Positions 39,032-47,757 of a DNA stretch of 64,000 bases are shown here, piece by piece. How positions within the stretch are numbered: the first letter of the stretch is position 1; the number at the start of each line of letters is the position of its first letter. The notes beneath the pieces are model-generated. The model made no database searches, was not told the DNA's origin, and saw only the letters and a list, made by a program, of their open reading frames with translations. This DNA is from a virus, in the IMG/VR virus record IMGVR_UViG_3300016469_000571, positions 1-64,000 of that record; one strand, written 5' to 3'. Both the position numbers and the translations under genes were made by a program.

Positions 39032-39923
39032 ATTCAATTCCTTTTTTTAATAAGCTTTTATTTATTACTTCTAATGACTCTTCGTCTGTAAAACTTTCCC
39101 AAATTATATAATAATCAAAACCTTTAGATTCTGCTAAATCTTTTTTTTCTTTATCTAATAAGTATACGGCGTTTGCATCTAATTGAACTTCTTTTTTTGA
39201 AAAAGAAAATCTTTTCCATTCAGACCATTCTTTGGAATTTAACTTTGATGGATTTGGATGAAACTTTTCACCATTATACTCAATAATAATTTTTAAATCA
39301 GGTATAGTAAAATCGTAATAACTTAATCGCTTTTTTTCTTTATTATAAATATAATACTCTTTATTTTCTTTAAAACCAAAGAAATGTTTTATGTTTTTTT
39401 GTTTTAAAAAACAAGATAATGGCTCAAAATATCTTAAAGATTTTTTAGAGGCATTGCAAAACTGAACTTTTTTCTTATTTAAGATTTGTTCTACTTTTAC
39501 AATTGCCTCATCACTTGAATATCCTTTTTTTATCCAAAAATCTACTGATGATGTATTTAAATTTTTTTCATAAAATTCTTTTCTTTTTAATTCAGCCTCT
39601 TCTTTAGAAAATCCTTTATTTATCCAATAGCTAGAATTAAAAACAGTATTTTTAGATTTTTTATTTTTATATTCACTCCATTTTATTTTACCTAAATCAT
39701 GCCCATATTTTTCAATATATTTTTCCTCTGTATGTTTTGATGTGTTTTGAAAAAGTCTAAATTTTTTTAGACCTTCTTCTTCTCCATATTTTTTTATAAA
39801 ATTTTCTTTAGATGTTGCTTTAGATTTTTTATATTCTATTATTTTAATATTAGCCTCTTCTAAGCTAATATTATCTCTTTTTGAAATATAAATTGGATCA
39901 TAAACACTATTTTTAACTTTCAT
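38967..39923 (-). CDS. Free-standing homing endonuclease (Vsr/PD-(D/E)xK-like) between intein halves
   Basis: [22 protein letters not shown]...A...GF....IWE; N-terminal KYGEEEG and W..KG.S.EEA repeats; overlaps the IntC2 start. Confidence 0.75.
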   Translation of the reverse strand: MKVKNSVYDPIYISKRDNISLEEANIKIIEYKKSKATSKENFIKKYGEEEGLKKFRLFQNTSKHTEEKYIEKYGHDLGKIKWSEYKNKKSKNTVFNSSYWINKGFSKEEAELKRKEFYEKNLNTSSVDFWIKKGYSSDEAIVKVEQILNKKKVQFCNASKKSLRYFEPLSCFLKQKNIKHFFGFKENKEYYIYNKEKKRLSYYDFTIPDLKIIIEYNGEKFHPNPSKLNSKEWSEWKRFSFSKKEVQLDANAVYLLDKEKKDLAESKGFDYYIIWESFTDEESLEVINKSLLKKGIEYENKINKKIARGDSNMGFGSE

Positions 39924-39968
39924 AAAAGCTATATAGCATTATAGCTAACATCAATAAATAAAAAAAAA

Positions 39969-40949
39969 TTACACTGAAACTATCTCATCATTTTCTGTTA
40001 GTTCATCAACTCTTTTCCAAATCTCTCCATTTGTAGATTTTACTAACAATAAATGATTATTTGTAAATTTATATTTTTTACCATCTTCAAATTCTATTTC
40101 TATTACATCTTTGTATCCATTATAATGAATACCTGGAGATTTTTTTAGCCCATCTTTTGTTTGTACAAATACATCTTTTTCAAATGGAATTGTCATTTGC
40201 TGATCTATTTGTTCTATTCTTTTCCAATCTATATTTTGTTGATCCATTAAAGAATATAAGGAAATTGGATTAAAATTAGCATCTAATATTTCATTTTCTC
40301 CAGATTGGCAAGATGCTGTCGGCATTGGGGCTAATAATAAGCTATTTCTTAATCCATTTTCTTTTATTTTTTGTTTTAGTGAATCCCAATTGTACATTTC
40401 TGGTTCTACTCCCCACATATCAAATTGTAATATTCCTTGAGATGCAGGGCTTCCATCAAAAGTCTCATATTTTCCATTTTTTATAGCCAAATCACAAGAT
40501 GTGTTTAGGGCACTAAAATATATTGTTTCAAATATATTTTTATTTAATTCTTTTGCATTATCAGAATCAAATGGAAATTTCATTTTTGCAAAAACATCTG
40601 CTAATCCTTGAACTCCTAAACCAATTGGTCTATGTCTAAAATTAGATTTTTTTGCGGCTTCTGTTGGATAAAATCCAATATCTATTACTTTATTTAAATT
40701 TTCAACTAGTATTTTTGTTATTTCAGATAGTTTATTGAAATTAAAATATAAATTACCTTTCTTTCCAGAAAGGCAAGAAGGTAAAGATATTGACGCTAAT
40801 GTACATACGGCAGTTTCATCTGGAGTGGATACTTCAAAAATTTCAGTACAATTATGAACTAAAATATCATTTGCAAAAAAATTTGCAGATTCTTCGATAG
40901 TAAAATCATATACAGGTATTTCTTCTTCTAAAAATTCTATTTCTAACAT
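39969..40949 (-). CDS. nrdA: RNR alpha part 2: IntC1 (33 aa) + middle extein (180 aa) + IntN2 (113 aa)
   Basis: VYDFTI...NDILVHN|CTEI...AVCTLAS...RPIGLGVQG...LLAPMPTAS|CQSG...FTNNH; own GAGGA Shine-Dalgarno. Confidence 0.93.
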   Translation of the reverse strand: MLEIEFLEEEIPVYDFTIEESANFFANDILVHNCTEIFEVSTPDETAVCTLASISLPSCLSGKKGNLYFNFNKLSEITKILVENLNKVIDIGFYPTEAAKKSNFRHRPIGLGVQGLADVFAKMKFPFDSDNAKELNKNIFETIYFSALNTSCDLAIKNGKYETFDGSPASQGILQFDMWGVEPEMYNWDSLKQKIKENGLRNSLLLAPMPTASCQSGENEILDANFNPISLYSLMDQQNIDWKRIEQIDQQMTIPFEKDVFVQTKDGLKKSPGIHYNGYKDVIEIEFEDGKKYKFTNNHLLLVKSTNGEIWKRVDELTENDEIVSV

Positions 40950-41003
40950 TAATCCTCGTAAATATAATTTATTTTTATGTCACTTTGTTTATAATGGCTC
41001 AAA

Positions 41004-42593
41004 TCATGATAAAAGTAACACATCATCCTTATTTAAATATTGAGCCTCTACATAACCTCTATTTTTTGTATAGATTTTATGATCTGGGGTACATTTTAAT
41101 TCTTTCCCATTGTATTTTATTTTAATAACTTTAGATTTCTCACTTGTTAAGCAAGATTTTAATATTTTATTAAATTTTAGCTCATTTGTATTTTCATTAC
41201 AACTTAATATATATAAGTCTTGTGTTTTTAATAAATCATTTACCTCTTTCATTGAAAGAGTATACTCTTCCAAATCATTTGGATTTTTCTTTACTCTAAC
41301 CATTGCATTTCCATCAATACATAAATTCGAGCTTTTAATTATTCCAATATTTTTTTGATTTGATTTTATATTTCCAGAGTCTTTTGCTAATAAATATGGC
41401 TGACCAGTTTCAATACATGATTCTAATATTTTAGACCAAATATCTCTTGCTTTTACTTTTTTTACAAATTTATTTTCATTTTCATATTTTGTATATAATT
41501 TTTCAAAATCCTCTCCATATACATCAGATAAGCCTTTTGAAATATTAGGGTCCATCAAAGACCAATCATCATCACTCTCTACTCTTTTAAAGAATAAATC
41601 AGGAGCCCAAATAGCTAGATTTAAATCTCTAGCCCTTAACTCTTCCTTACCATTATTTTTTCTTAAATCTAAGAAATCCTCTATATCACAATGCCAAGGC
41701 TCTAAATATGCAGCAAATGCGCCTGGTCTTTTACCACCTTGATTAACATACCTAGCAGTCTCATTATATACTTTAAGCATTGGAATAATACCATTACTTG
41801 ATCCACCAGTACCATATATATGGCTGCCTTTTGATCTAACATCGTGAATATGAAAACCAATTCCGCCAGATGATTTTGATATCTTCGCAACTTCTTTTAA
41901 AGTATCAAAAATACCAGATATAGAATCTTCTTTATTTGCTATTAAATAGCATGAGTTTAATTGATTTTGAACAGTACCAGCATTGAACAATGTTGGTGTC
42001 GCATGAGTTGCTTCCAATTTTGACAATAAATTATATGTATTTAAGCAAGCATCAATATCATCAAAATGAATACCACAAGCCACCCTCATCCACAAATGTT
42101 GAGGTCTCTCAACTATTTTATTGTCAATTTTTTGTAAATAACTTTTTTGTAAAGTTTTAAAACCAAAGTAATCAAACAAAAAATCTCTATTGTAATCAAT
42201 AGCACTATCCAAAACATGAGAGTGCTTTTTAACAAATTTAATTACATCATTAGAAATGAACTGTATTTTATTTCCATGAATATCTTGTTTATATGATAGC
42301 TTTTCAATTACATTTGAAAATGTACTATCTGTGTCTTTATGCAATCTAGTTATCTCTAATCTTAAATCTAGCTTATCATATTCTGGATTTTTTATTGACA
42401 TAGAATATGCAGTTTCTATTGCTAGAGAATCTAACTCTATTGTAGTAACACCATCAAATAAACCACCAATGACTTTTTGAGAAATATAATAAGCATCAAC
42501 GTTTTTTAAATCTTTTGATTGTCTTTGAATTCTTTTTAAAATCTTATCAAATTTTACAGTTTCTTTTTGTCCATTTCTTTTAACAACAAACAT
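41004..42593 (-). CDS. nrdA: RNR alpha part 1: ATP cone and N-extein (424 aa) plus IntN1 (105 aa)
   Basis: VVKRNG ATP cone, ATPTLFNAG, NSCY, GGIG, QGGKRPGA, ETGQPY, KSSNL|CIDG...CTPDHK. Confidence 0.95.
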   Translation of the reverse strand: MFVVKRNGQKETVKFDKILKRIQRQSKDLKNVDAYYISQKVIGGLFDGVTTIELDSLAIETAYSMSIKNPEYDKLDLRLEITRLHKDTDSTFSNVIEKLSYKQDIHGNKIQFISNDVIKFVKKHSHVLDSAIDYNRDFLFDYFGFKTLQKSYLQKIDNKIVERPQHLWMRVACGIHFDDIDACLNTYNLLSKLEATHATPTLFNAGTVQNQLNSCYLIANKEDSISGIFDTLKEVAKISKSSGGIGFHIHDVRSKGSHIYGTGGSSNGIIPMLKVYNETARYVNQGGKRPGAFAAYLEPWHCDIEDFLDLRKNNGKEELRARDLNLAIWAPDLFFKRVESDDDWSLMDPNISKGLSDVYGEDFEKLYTKYENENKFVKKVKARDIWSKILESCIETGQPYLLAKDSGNIKSNQKNIGIIKSSNLCIDGNAMVRVKKNPNDLEEYTLSMKEVNDLLKTQDLYILSCNENTNELKFNKILKSCLTSEKSKVIKIKYNGKELKCTPDHKIYTKNRGYVEAQYLNKDDVLLLS

Positions 42594-42602
42594 TTTTTCT
42601 CC

Positions 42603-43568
42603 TTAAAAATCTTCATCAAATTTAATTTTATTAGATTCTGCTGTTTTTCCTACAGATGCTTTTTGATATTCAATAACTCTTTTTTCAAAGAAATTGCTTT
42701 TTGATTTCAAAGCAATCAACTCCATAAAATCAAATGGATTTTTTTCATTATATATTTTAGAACAACCAAGCATTTGGCTCAATCTATCTGCACAAAATCT
42801 AACATAACATTTCATATCTTTTGAGTTCATTCCTATTAATTCAACTGGTAGTGAATCCGAACAGAACTCTTCTTCAATAGCAACAGCTTCTTTTATTATT
42901 TGGTGTATTTTTTCTTCGCTTACTTTTTCATTTGAAATTGAATGCAATAAACAAGCAAACTCACAATGTTGTCCTTCATCAGTTGATATTGCTTCATTGC
43001 TGAAAGCAAGACCAGGCATCAATCCTCTTTTTTTCAACCAATAAATAGAACAAAATGAAGAAGAGAAGAAAATACCCTCAACAGCAGCAAATGCAACTAA
43101 TCTTTCTTCAAAAGAAGCGTTTGAATCTATCCATTTTAAAGCCCACTCAGCTTTCTTTTTTACAACTGGGATTGTTTCTATTGCATTTAGTAATTTACTT
43201 TTTTCTTCATTATTTTTAATATATGTATCAATTAATAAAGAATAAACTTCTGAGTGAATTCCTTCGATCATTAACTGATAACCATAAAATATTCTAGCTT
43301 CAGGTATTCCAACATCGTTGTAAAATCTCATTGCTAAATTTTCTCCAACAATACCGTCTGAAGCCGCAAAAAAAGCCAACACATTTGAAATAAAATGCTT
43401 TTCATTGTTTGTTAATTTGTTCCAATCATCTAAATCTCTAGACAAATCAACTTCTTCTGCCGTCCAAAAAGCAGCCTCGGCTTCTTTATAGGCTTTCCAT
43501 ATATTATTATACTTAATTGGAAATAAAACAAATCTTGAGTTATTTTTTTCTGTTAAATTGCTCATCAT
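42603..43568 (-). CDS. nrdB: Class Ia ribonucleotide reductase beta subunit
   Basis: [37 protein letters not shown]. Confidence 0.96.
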   Translation of the reverse strand: MMSNLTEKNNSRFVLFPIKYNNIWKAYKEAEAAFWTAEEVDLSRDLDDWNKLTNNEKHFISNVLAFFAASDGIVGENLAMRFYNDVGIPEARIFYGYQLMIEGIHSEVYSLLIDTYIKNNEEKSKLLNAIETIPVVKKKAEWALKWIDSNASFEERLVAFAAVEGIFFSSSFCSIYWLKKRGLMPGLAFSNEAISTDEGQHCEFACLLHSISNEKVSEEKIHQIIKEAVAIEEEFCSDSLPVELIGMNSKDMKCYVRFCADRLSQMLGCSKIYNEKNPFDFMELIALKSKSNFFEKRVIEYQKASVGKTAESNKIKFDEDF

Positions 43569-43581
43569 CCTCTAAAATAAA

Positions 43582-43620
43582 AAATCTATCTTGATAGTAC
43601 TTTTACTACAAAATAGATTT
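43582..43620. terminator. Hairpin between the sigma gene and nrdB (possible terminator or regulatory stem)
   Basis: aaatctat-c-ttg-a-tagta / tacta-caa-a-atagattt arms. Confidence 0.35.
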
Positions 43621-43657
43621 CATGGTTAATTTATATTTCAATATTACTAATTGATAT

Positions 43658-44272
43658 TTATCGCATTTTTTTTAATAAAGATTTAATTTTTGTATTAATT
43701 TCTGATTTTTTTAATCCTGTTTTTTTGCTATACTCTTCTATAGTAATTTTATCTTTATTTATGCCAAATAAAGATTCTATCATATCCCTATCTTGTTCAT
43801 TTAATTTATTTATTTTTTTATTAACTATTCCTTCTTCTGTTTTTCTAACAAAAGAAATTTCTGGATTGAATGAATTATCTTCTGCATTGAGAGGTATCTT
43901 GTCCATTTTTGGTGGAGATTTTTTTGCAACAACTAATGGAATTCTAACTGTAGAATATGCATTGGCAGATCTATAAATTCTTGTATCTATATATTTGTGC
44001 AACCACCAAAAAATAGAACCTTTTGATTTATCAAAATTTTTTAATCCCATGACTAAAGCTTCATATCCATCTTGATTTAAATCATCATAATTTGAAAACT
44101 TTTTATATGCAGTTGTTTTTGAAAAAACCAAATATTTGAATTTTTCAACTAAAATATTTTCATGCTTTATTAGCTCTAATTTATCTTTTTTAGATTTTGA
44201 GCCATTGTATTTTTCTTTTAATTCAATAAATTTTAATGCTAGTTCTTGCGCTTCTTGCTCTGATATTGACAT
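43658..44272 (-). CDS. Sigma-70 family RNA polymerase sigma factor
   Basis: Region 2 DDLNQDG..AL......FD.SKG; region 4-like C-terminus. Confidence 0.8.
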   Translation of the reverse strand: MSISEQEAQELALKFIELKEKYNGSKSKKDKLELIKHENILVEKFKYLVFSKTTAYKKFSNYDDLNQDGYEALVMGLKNFDKSKGSIFWWLHKYIDTRIYRSANAYSTVRIPLVVAKKSPPKMDKIPLNAEDNSFNPEISFVRKTEEGIVNKKINKLNEQDRDMIESLFGINKDKITIEEYSKKTGLKKSEINTKIKSLLKKMR

Positions 44273-44279
44273 AACCCTC

Positions 44280-44465
44280 TTAGCTATAATTTGTTGACGC
44301 CCAACCGCCTCCTTTTAGTATAAACCCTCCTCCCTTGCTAATCAACCTCTCTACATTTGTTTTTAAATTATCCTTCTCACATTCTGGGCAAAACTCTAGC
44401 TTTTCAGAAATTTTATGTTCGACTTCAAATACCCCATGAATTGGACATTTATATTCGTAAATCAT
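44280..44465 (-). CDS. FmdB-like zinc-ribbon protein
   Basis: IYEYKC..H...E, CPEC, RLIS...FILKGGGW. Confidence 0.8.
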   Translation of the reverse strand: MIYEYKCPIHGVFEVEHKISEKLEFCPECEKDNLKTNVERLISKGGGFILKGGGWASTNYS

Positions 44466-44791
44466 TTACTTCTCCTAAACATATTTCCAAAATCTCTTTT
44501 AATCTTTTCTTTTGTCGCTACGTTTTCTTGGAACTTCTTTTCTCCAACAAGATTTGCCAAATAATTTTCATTTTTTGAAGCCTGCTGTTTCATTTTATTT
44601 ACTTCATCTTTTATTTTTTCTTTAAACTCTTCTGGATTTAACTCCATTCTTGCCCCACCTTCACAATTAATTAATCTTCTTACAGCCTCAGCACCACATG
44701 AAGGGCAATTTTTAGGAGGATTATCTTTTATTGAATATTCAGCTTCCCACTCATGATTGCACGCATCGCATTTATGTAAATATGTTATCAT
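44462..44791 (-). CDS. FmdB-like zinc-ribbon protein
   Basis: CDAC.HEWE, CPSCG, RRLI. Confidence 0.75.
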   Translation of the reverse strand: MITYLHKCDACNHEWEAEYSIKDNPPKNCPSCGAEAVRRLINCEGGARMELNPEEFKEKIKDEVNKMKQQASKNENYLANLVGEKKFQENVATKEKIKRDFGNMFRRSK

Positions 44792-44803
44792 CTATCTCCT
44801 TAA

Positions 44804-46198
44804 TTAAAATCCTTGCAATTCTTCCATATATCCTGATAAATCATTTGCATCTATAAATGTTTCATCTTCTAGTTCCATTTTATTATCAAATAATCCACCA
44901 CATTTAAAATCTTTAATCAAAGAACCTTTTCCTAATTCTCCTTCTCGATTTTTAATAATATAATACTCCATATCAGGGTATTGCTGTTCATTTTGTCTTG
45001 TATGAATTTGTATAGCTATATTGGCATTTGTTACAATTAAGCTTGATCTTCCAATTCGATGCATACCTATTTTTTCTTCTGTGTCTTTTGTTGGCTTCAT
45101 TCTATTTAACTGTACTGCACTCAATACTATTACTTTATGTACTCGACCAAATTCATGAACAGCAGCAGATATGTGACCTAGCTTTAACCAATCATCTAAC
45201 CCTTTATCATTTTCATAATCCATTAGACCTAAATAATCTATAGATACAATTTTAGGCAAGAAATAATTCTTTGTCTCTTCATAGATACTTTCTATTACTT
45301 CTATAGTAACTCCTCTAGGAGCATCAATTATTTCAAATTGATAAGGGTAGTTTTTAATAAAATCTAAAGCTTTTTTTACTCTTTGCTGCTCTTCTTTATT
45401 TAAAGTAGCTTTTTTAAGTTTATTTGATTCGACTCTTGCTAATCTAGCCAATACTCTTTGAAAACAAGCTTCAAAAGGCATTTCTAATGAAAAATATAAT
45501 ACATTATGACCAGTTGTAAACTGCGATGGATCTGTATCTATTGAATTATTTTGTAACCACATTTGTATAGACAAATTCATTAAATACATTGATTTACCAG
45601 AATTTGACTCTCCACAAATTAATACAAACTCACCATCTTGCAATCCATTTGTCTTTTCATCAAAAGATGAATATCCTGTTTTTACACCATCTTCAAATTC
45701 TTTACCATTTTTTCTTGCTTCAAGCTTAGAATTATATTTTTCCGTAAATAAACTAATTGCATCTTTTAATGTTCTTTTTTCAAAAGACTTTTTTCTATTT
45801 ATATTATTAATATCAGAAATAGTATTTTTTATCTTTGGTAACAAAGATAATAAATCTTCAGAAGAAGATAAATCATCTTTTAAATTAGAAATTTTATTTA
45901 ATGCAAATCTATTTTTTAATTCATTTAAATCATGCTTAAATTCTTTTTCTGAAAAAGAAATTTTTTCTAACTCATTCCAATTATTTTCTATAGTTTCTAA
46001 AAGTTTTTGATTTTTTGTTTTTTCTTTTAAAACCCTTAAAGTAGGAACATCTTTGTTAATAGAAATATATTTAATTACTGTTTGAGCAAATGCAAAATAT
46101 TTTTGTTCAAAGAAATTTGCATTGCACTCATAAACAAAATCTTGAGCTAATTTTTTATCTGTACAAATTGCTTTTAAAATTCTTAAATCTAAATTCAT
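44804..46198 (-). CDS. dnaB: Replicative DnaB-like helicase
   Basis: TGY..FD...NG, GESNSGKS, FSLEM, IDYL, QLNR, IKNREG. Confidence 0.9.
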   Translation of the reverse strand: MNLDLRILKAICTDKKLAQDFVYECNANFFEQKYFAFAQTVIKYISINKDVPTLRVLKEKTKNQKLLETIENNWNELEKISFSEKEFKHDLNELKNRFALNKISNLKDDLSSSEDLLSLLPKIKNTISDINNINRKKSFEKRTLKDAISLFTEKYNSKLEARKNGKEFEDGVKTGYSSFDEKTNGLQDGEFVLICGESNSGKSMYLMNLSIQMWLQNNSIDTDPSQFTTGHNVLYFSLEMPFEACFQRVLARLARVESNKLKKATLNKEEQQRVKKALDFIKNYPYQFEIIDAPRGVTIEVIESIYEETKNYFLPKIVSIDYLGLMDYENDKGLDDWLKLGHISAAVHEFGRVHKVIVLSAVQLNRMKPTKDTEEKIGMHRIGRSSLIVTNANIAIQIHTRQNEQQYPDMEYYIIKNREGELGKGSLIKDFKCGGLFDNKMELEDETFIDANDLSGYMEELQGF

Positions 46199-46887
46199 TT
46201 ACCTCTAAAATCTTTTCCAAATACAGTTATAGACTCTAAATATCCAGAAAATAAAGAACCTAAACTTTCTTTTAATTGACCACTAAATATATTTAACACA
46301 TTAGGACTATTTGTTGCCATCAATGTAGGTAATTTATTTTGTGACCTAGTTCTAAATATATTTTCTAAAACCCTAGCATATAAATCACTAGCATTTTCAG
46401 AAGCCATAAATCTTCCATCAAATTCATCAATTACAAGAAAATCTACAGTATTTAATTCTTTCTTAATCAAGAACTTTTCTTCATTGTTTGAAGAAAATAC
46501 AGATACCAAATCACTTAATGTAGTATAAAGACAACTATAATCTTTTAAACATGCAACTTTTAAAATATTAACTAATGTAGTCGTTTTTAAAGTACCATGT
46601 TTTCCACAAAGACAAAAAGATTTCCCATTAATATAAGAACTTCTTAAGTCTTTTGTATATTCTTCAAAAGTTTTTAGTAAAACTTTATCACCAGGAAAAT
46701 CTTTCATCCAAATATCCCAATATTCAACTGGAATATTTGCCTCATAATACCTATTTAAAGAGGTAATCTTAACTACTTTTAATTTACTATCTATAGAGCT
46801 TTCATTTATTTCTTGTATTTTTATGTCTAACTTTTTTATCGGTATGTTGTTTAGAGACTTTGAATGCTGAAAAGTTTGGTAATCCAT
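46195..46887 (-). CDS. DnaC/IstB-like helicase loader
   Basis: GKHGTLKTT (atypical Walker A), FLVIDEF, R.Q..LPT.MATN; adjacent to dnaB. Confidence 0.75.
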   Translation of the reverse strand: MDYQTFQHSKSLNNIPIKKLDIKIQEINESSIDSKLKVVKITSLNRYYEANIPVEYWDIWMKDFPGDKVLLKTFEEYTKDLRSSYINGKSFCLCGKHGTLKTTTLVNILKVACLKDYSCLYTTLSDLVSVFSSNNEEKFLIKKELNTVDFLVIDEFDGRFMASENASDLYARVLENIFRTRSQNKLPTLMATNSPNVLNIFSGQLKESLGSLFSGYLESITVFGKDFRGK

Positions 46888-47215
46888 AATTATTCTCTAT
46901 TTTAGGTTTTAAATTTTTAAATAAGTTATTTTTTTCTTCTTGAGCTTCTTTTATTTTCTCATCTACAATTTTCTTTGTACTTTCAAAAAGTATATCTTCG
47001 CTTTCAATAAGCGGCTCTTCTTCACCAAAGGAAATTGAAAAATCATCAGATTCAATTTCTGAATCTGTACTTTTTTGATCTTTAATATTCTCAATATATA
47101 AAATTTCTGATTGGTTTATATTATCTACTATATTTCCATTTTTTAATTTAATAGAAAATAAACCAACAAATTCGCCCTCTATAAAGAGGGCGTTTTTAAA
47201 AACTATTTTTATCAT
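46802..47215 (-). CDS. Hypothetical protein
   Basis: 137-aa ORF in the replication operon. Confidence 0.55.
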   Translation of the reverse strand: MIKIVFKNALFIEGEFVGLFSIKLKNGNIVDNINQSEILYIENIKDQKSTDSEIESDDFSISFGEEEPLIESEDILFESTKKIVDEKIKEAQEEKNNLFKNLKPKIENNYGLPNFSAFKVSKQHTDKKVRHKNTRNK

Positions 47216-47757
47216 ACAACCCTTGACAAAAATGATAAATCAAGATTTAATAACTTTATTTTTTCACAGTCGCTAGACTGTGACTGCATCATAAAGGCTA
47301 AATCACCATATGTCAAAATATTTTCATTTATAGTTTTAATTTTATTTATTAATTTTTCTGGTAATCTAGTAGCTCTATCTATTGTAGATAGTGTTTGATT
47401 TCTTAAATGTCTTGTTTTAAAATCTTTTAAAGAATACTCATTTGTTAAAAAACTAATTGATGTCAATCTTCTTTTAGATTTTTTAACTTTGTTTTCAAAA
47501 ATCCAATCAATATAATCTTTAAGAATAATTGGATCAGATGATAAGTTTATACATAACTTATTTATTTGAAAAACTTCAAAAGATTTAGATGGCTGTGGTG
47601 CATTGAACTTAAATTCATATTCAATATTATATTGGTCTTTGTACTTTTTACAAAAATAAGCCAATACACCTGTTTTTGACCAATTCTTACAATCAGTATT
47701 TTCTATCTCTATAAATTTTTCAAAAAACTTTTCATAATTTAAATTTGGAGCTTTCAT
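47212..47757 (-). CDS. Hypothetical protein in the replication module
   Basis: 181 aa with ATGA overlaps. Confidence 0.6.
   Translation of the reverse strand: MKAPNLNYEKFFEKFIEIENTDCKNWSKTGVLAYFCKKYKDQYNIEYEFKFNAPQPSKSFEVFQINKLCINLSSDPIILKDYIDWIFENKVKKSKRRLTSISFLTNEYSLKDFKTRHLRNQTLSTIDRATRLPEKLINKIKTINENILTYGDLAFMMQSQSSDCEKIKLLNLDLSFLSRVV

Noticed and set aside
20904-39943. TATAATGCTA just upstream of two endonuclease genes (20904-20913 and 39934-39943, minus strand) as a shared promoter
   Set aside because: Only two copies of an AT-rich 10-mer, at different spacings from the start codon and with no consistent -35 element.
40950-41006. Stop-codon read-through or recoding joining nrdA parts 1 and 2 into one cis-intein protein
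   Set aside because: The in-frame path contains TGA, TAA and TGA, and part 2 has its own Shine-Dalgarno and ATG; no single reassignment opens it.
38384-43568. Eukaryotic giant virus origin, suggested by the RNR type, SET domain and papain protease
   Set aside because: Shine-Dalgarno sites, coupled operons, a sigma factor, RF2, DnaB/DnaC and PhoH point to a bacteriophage.
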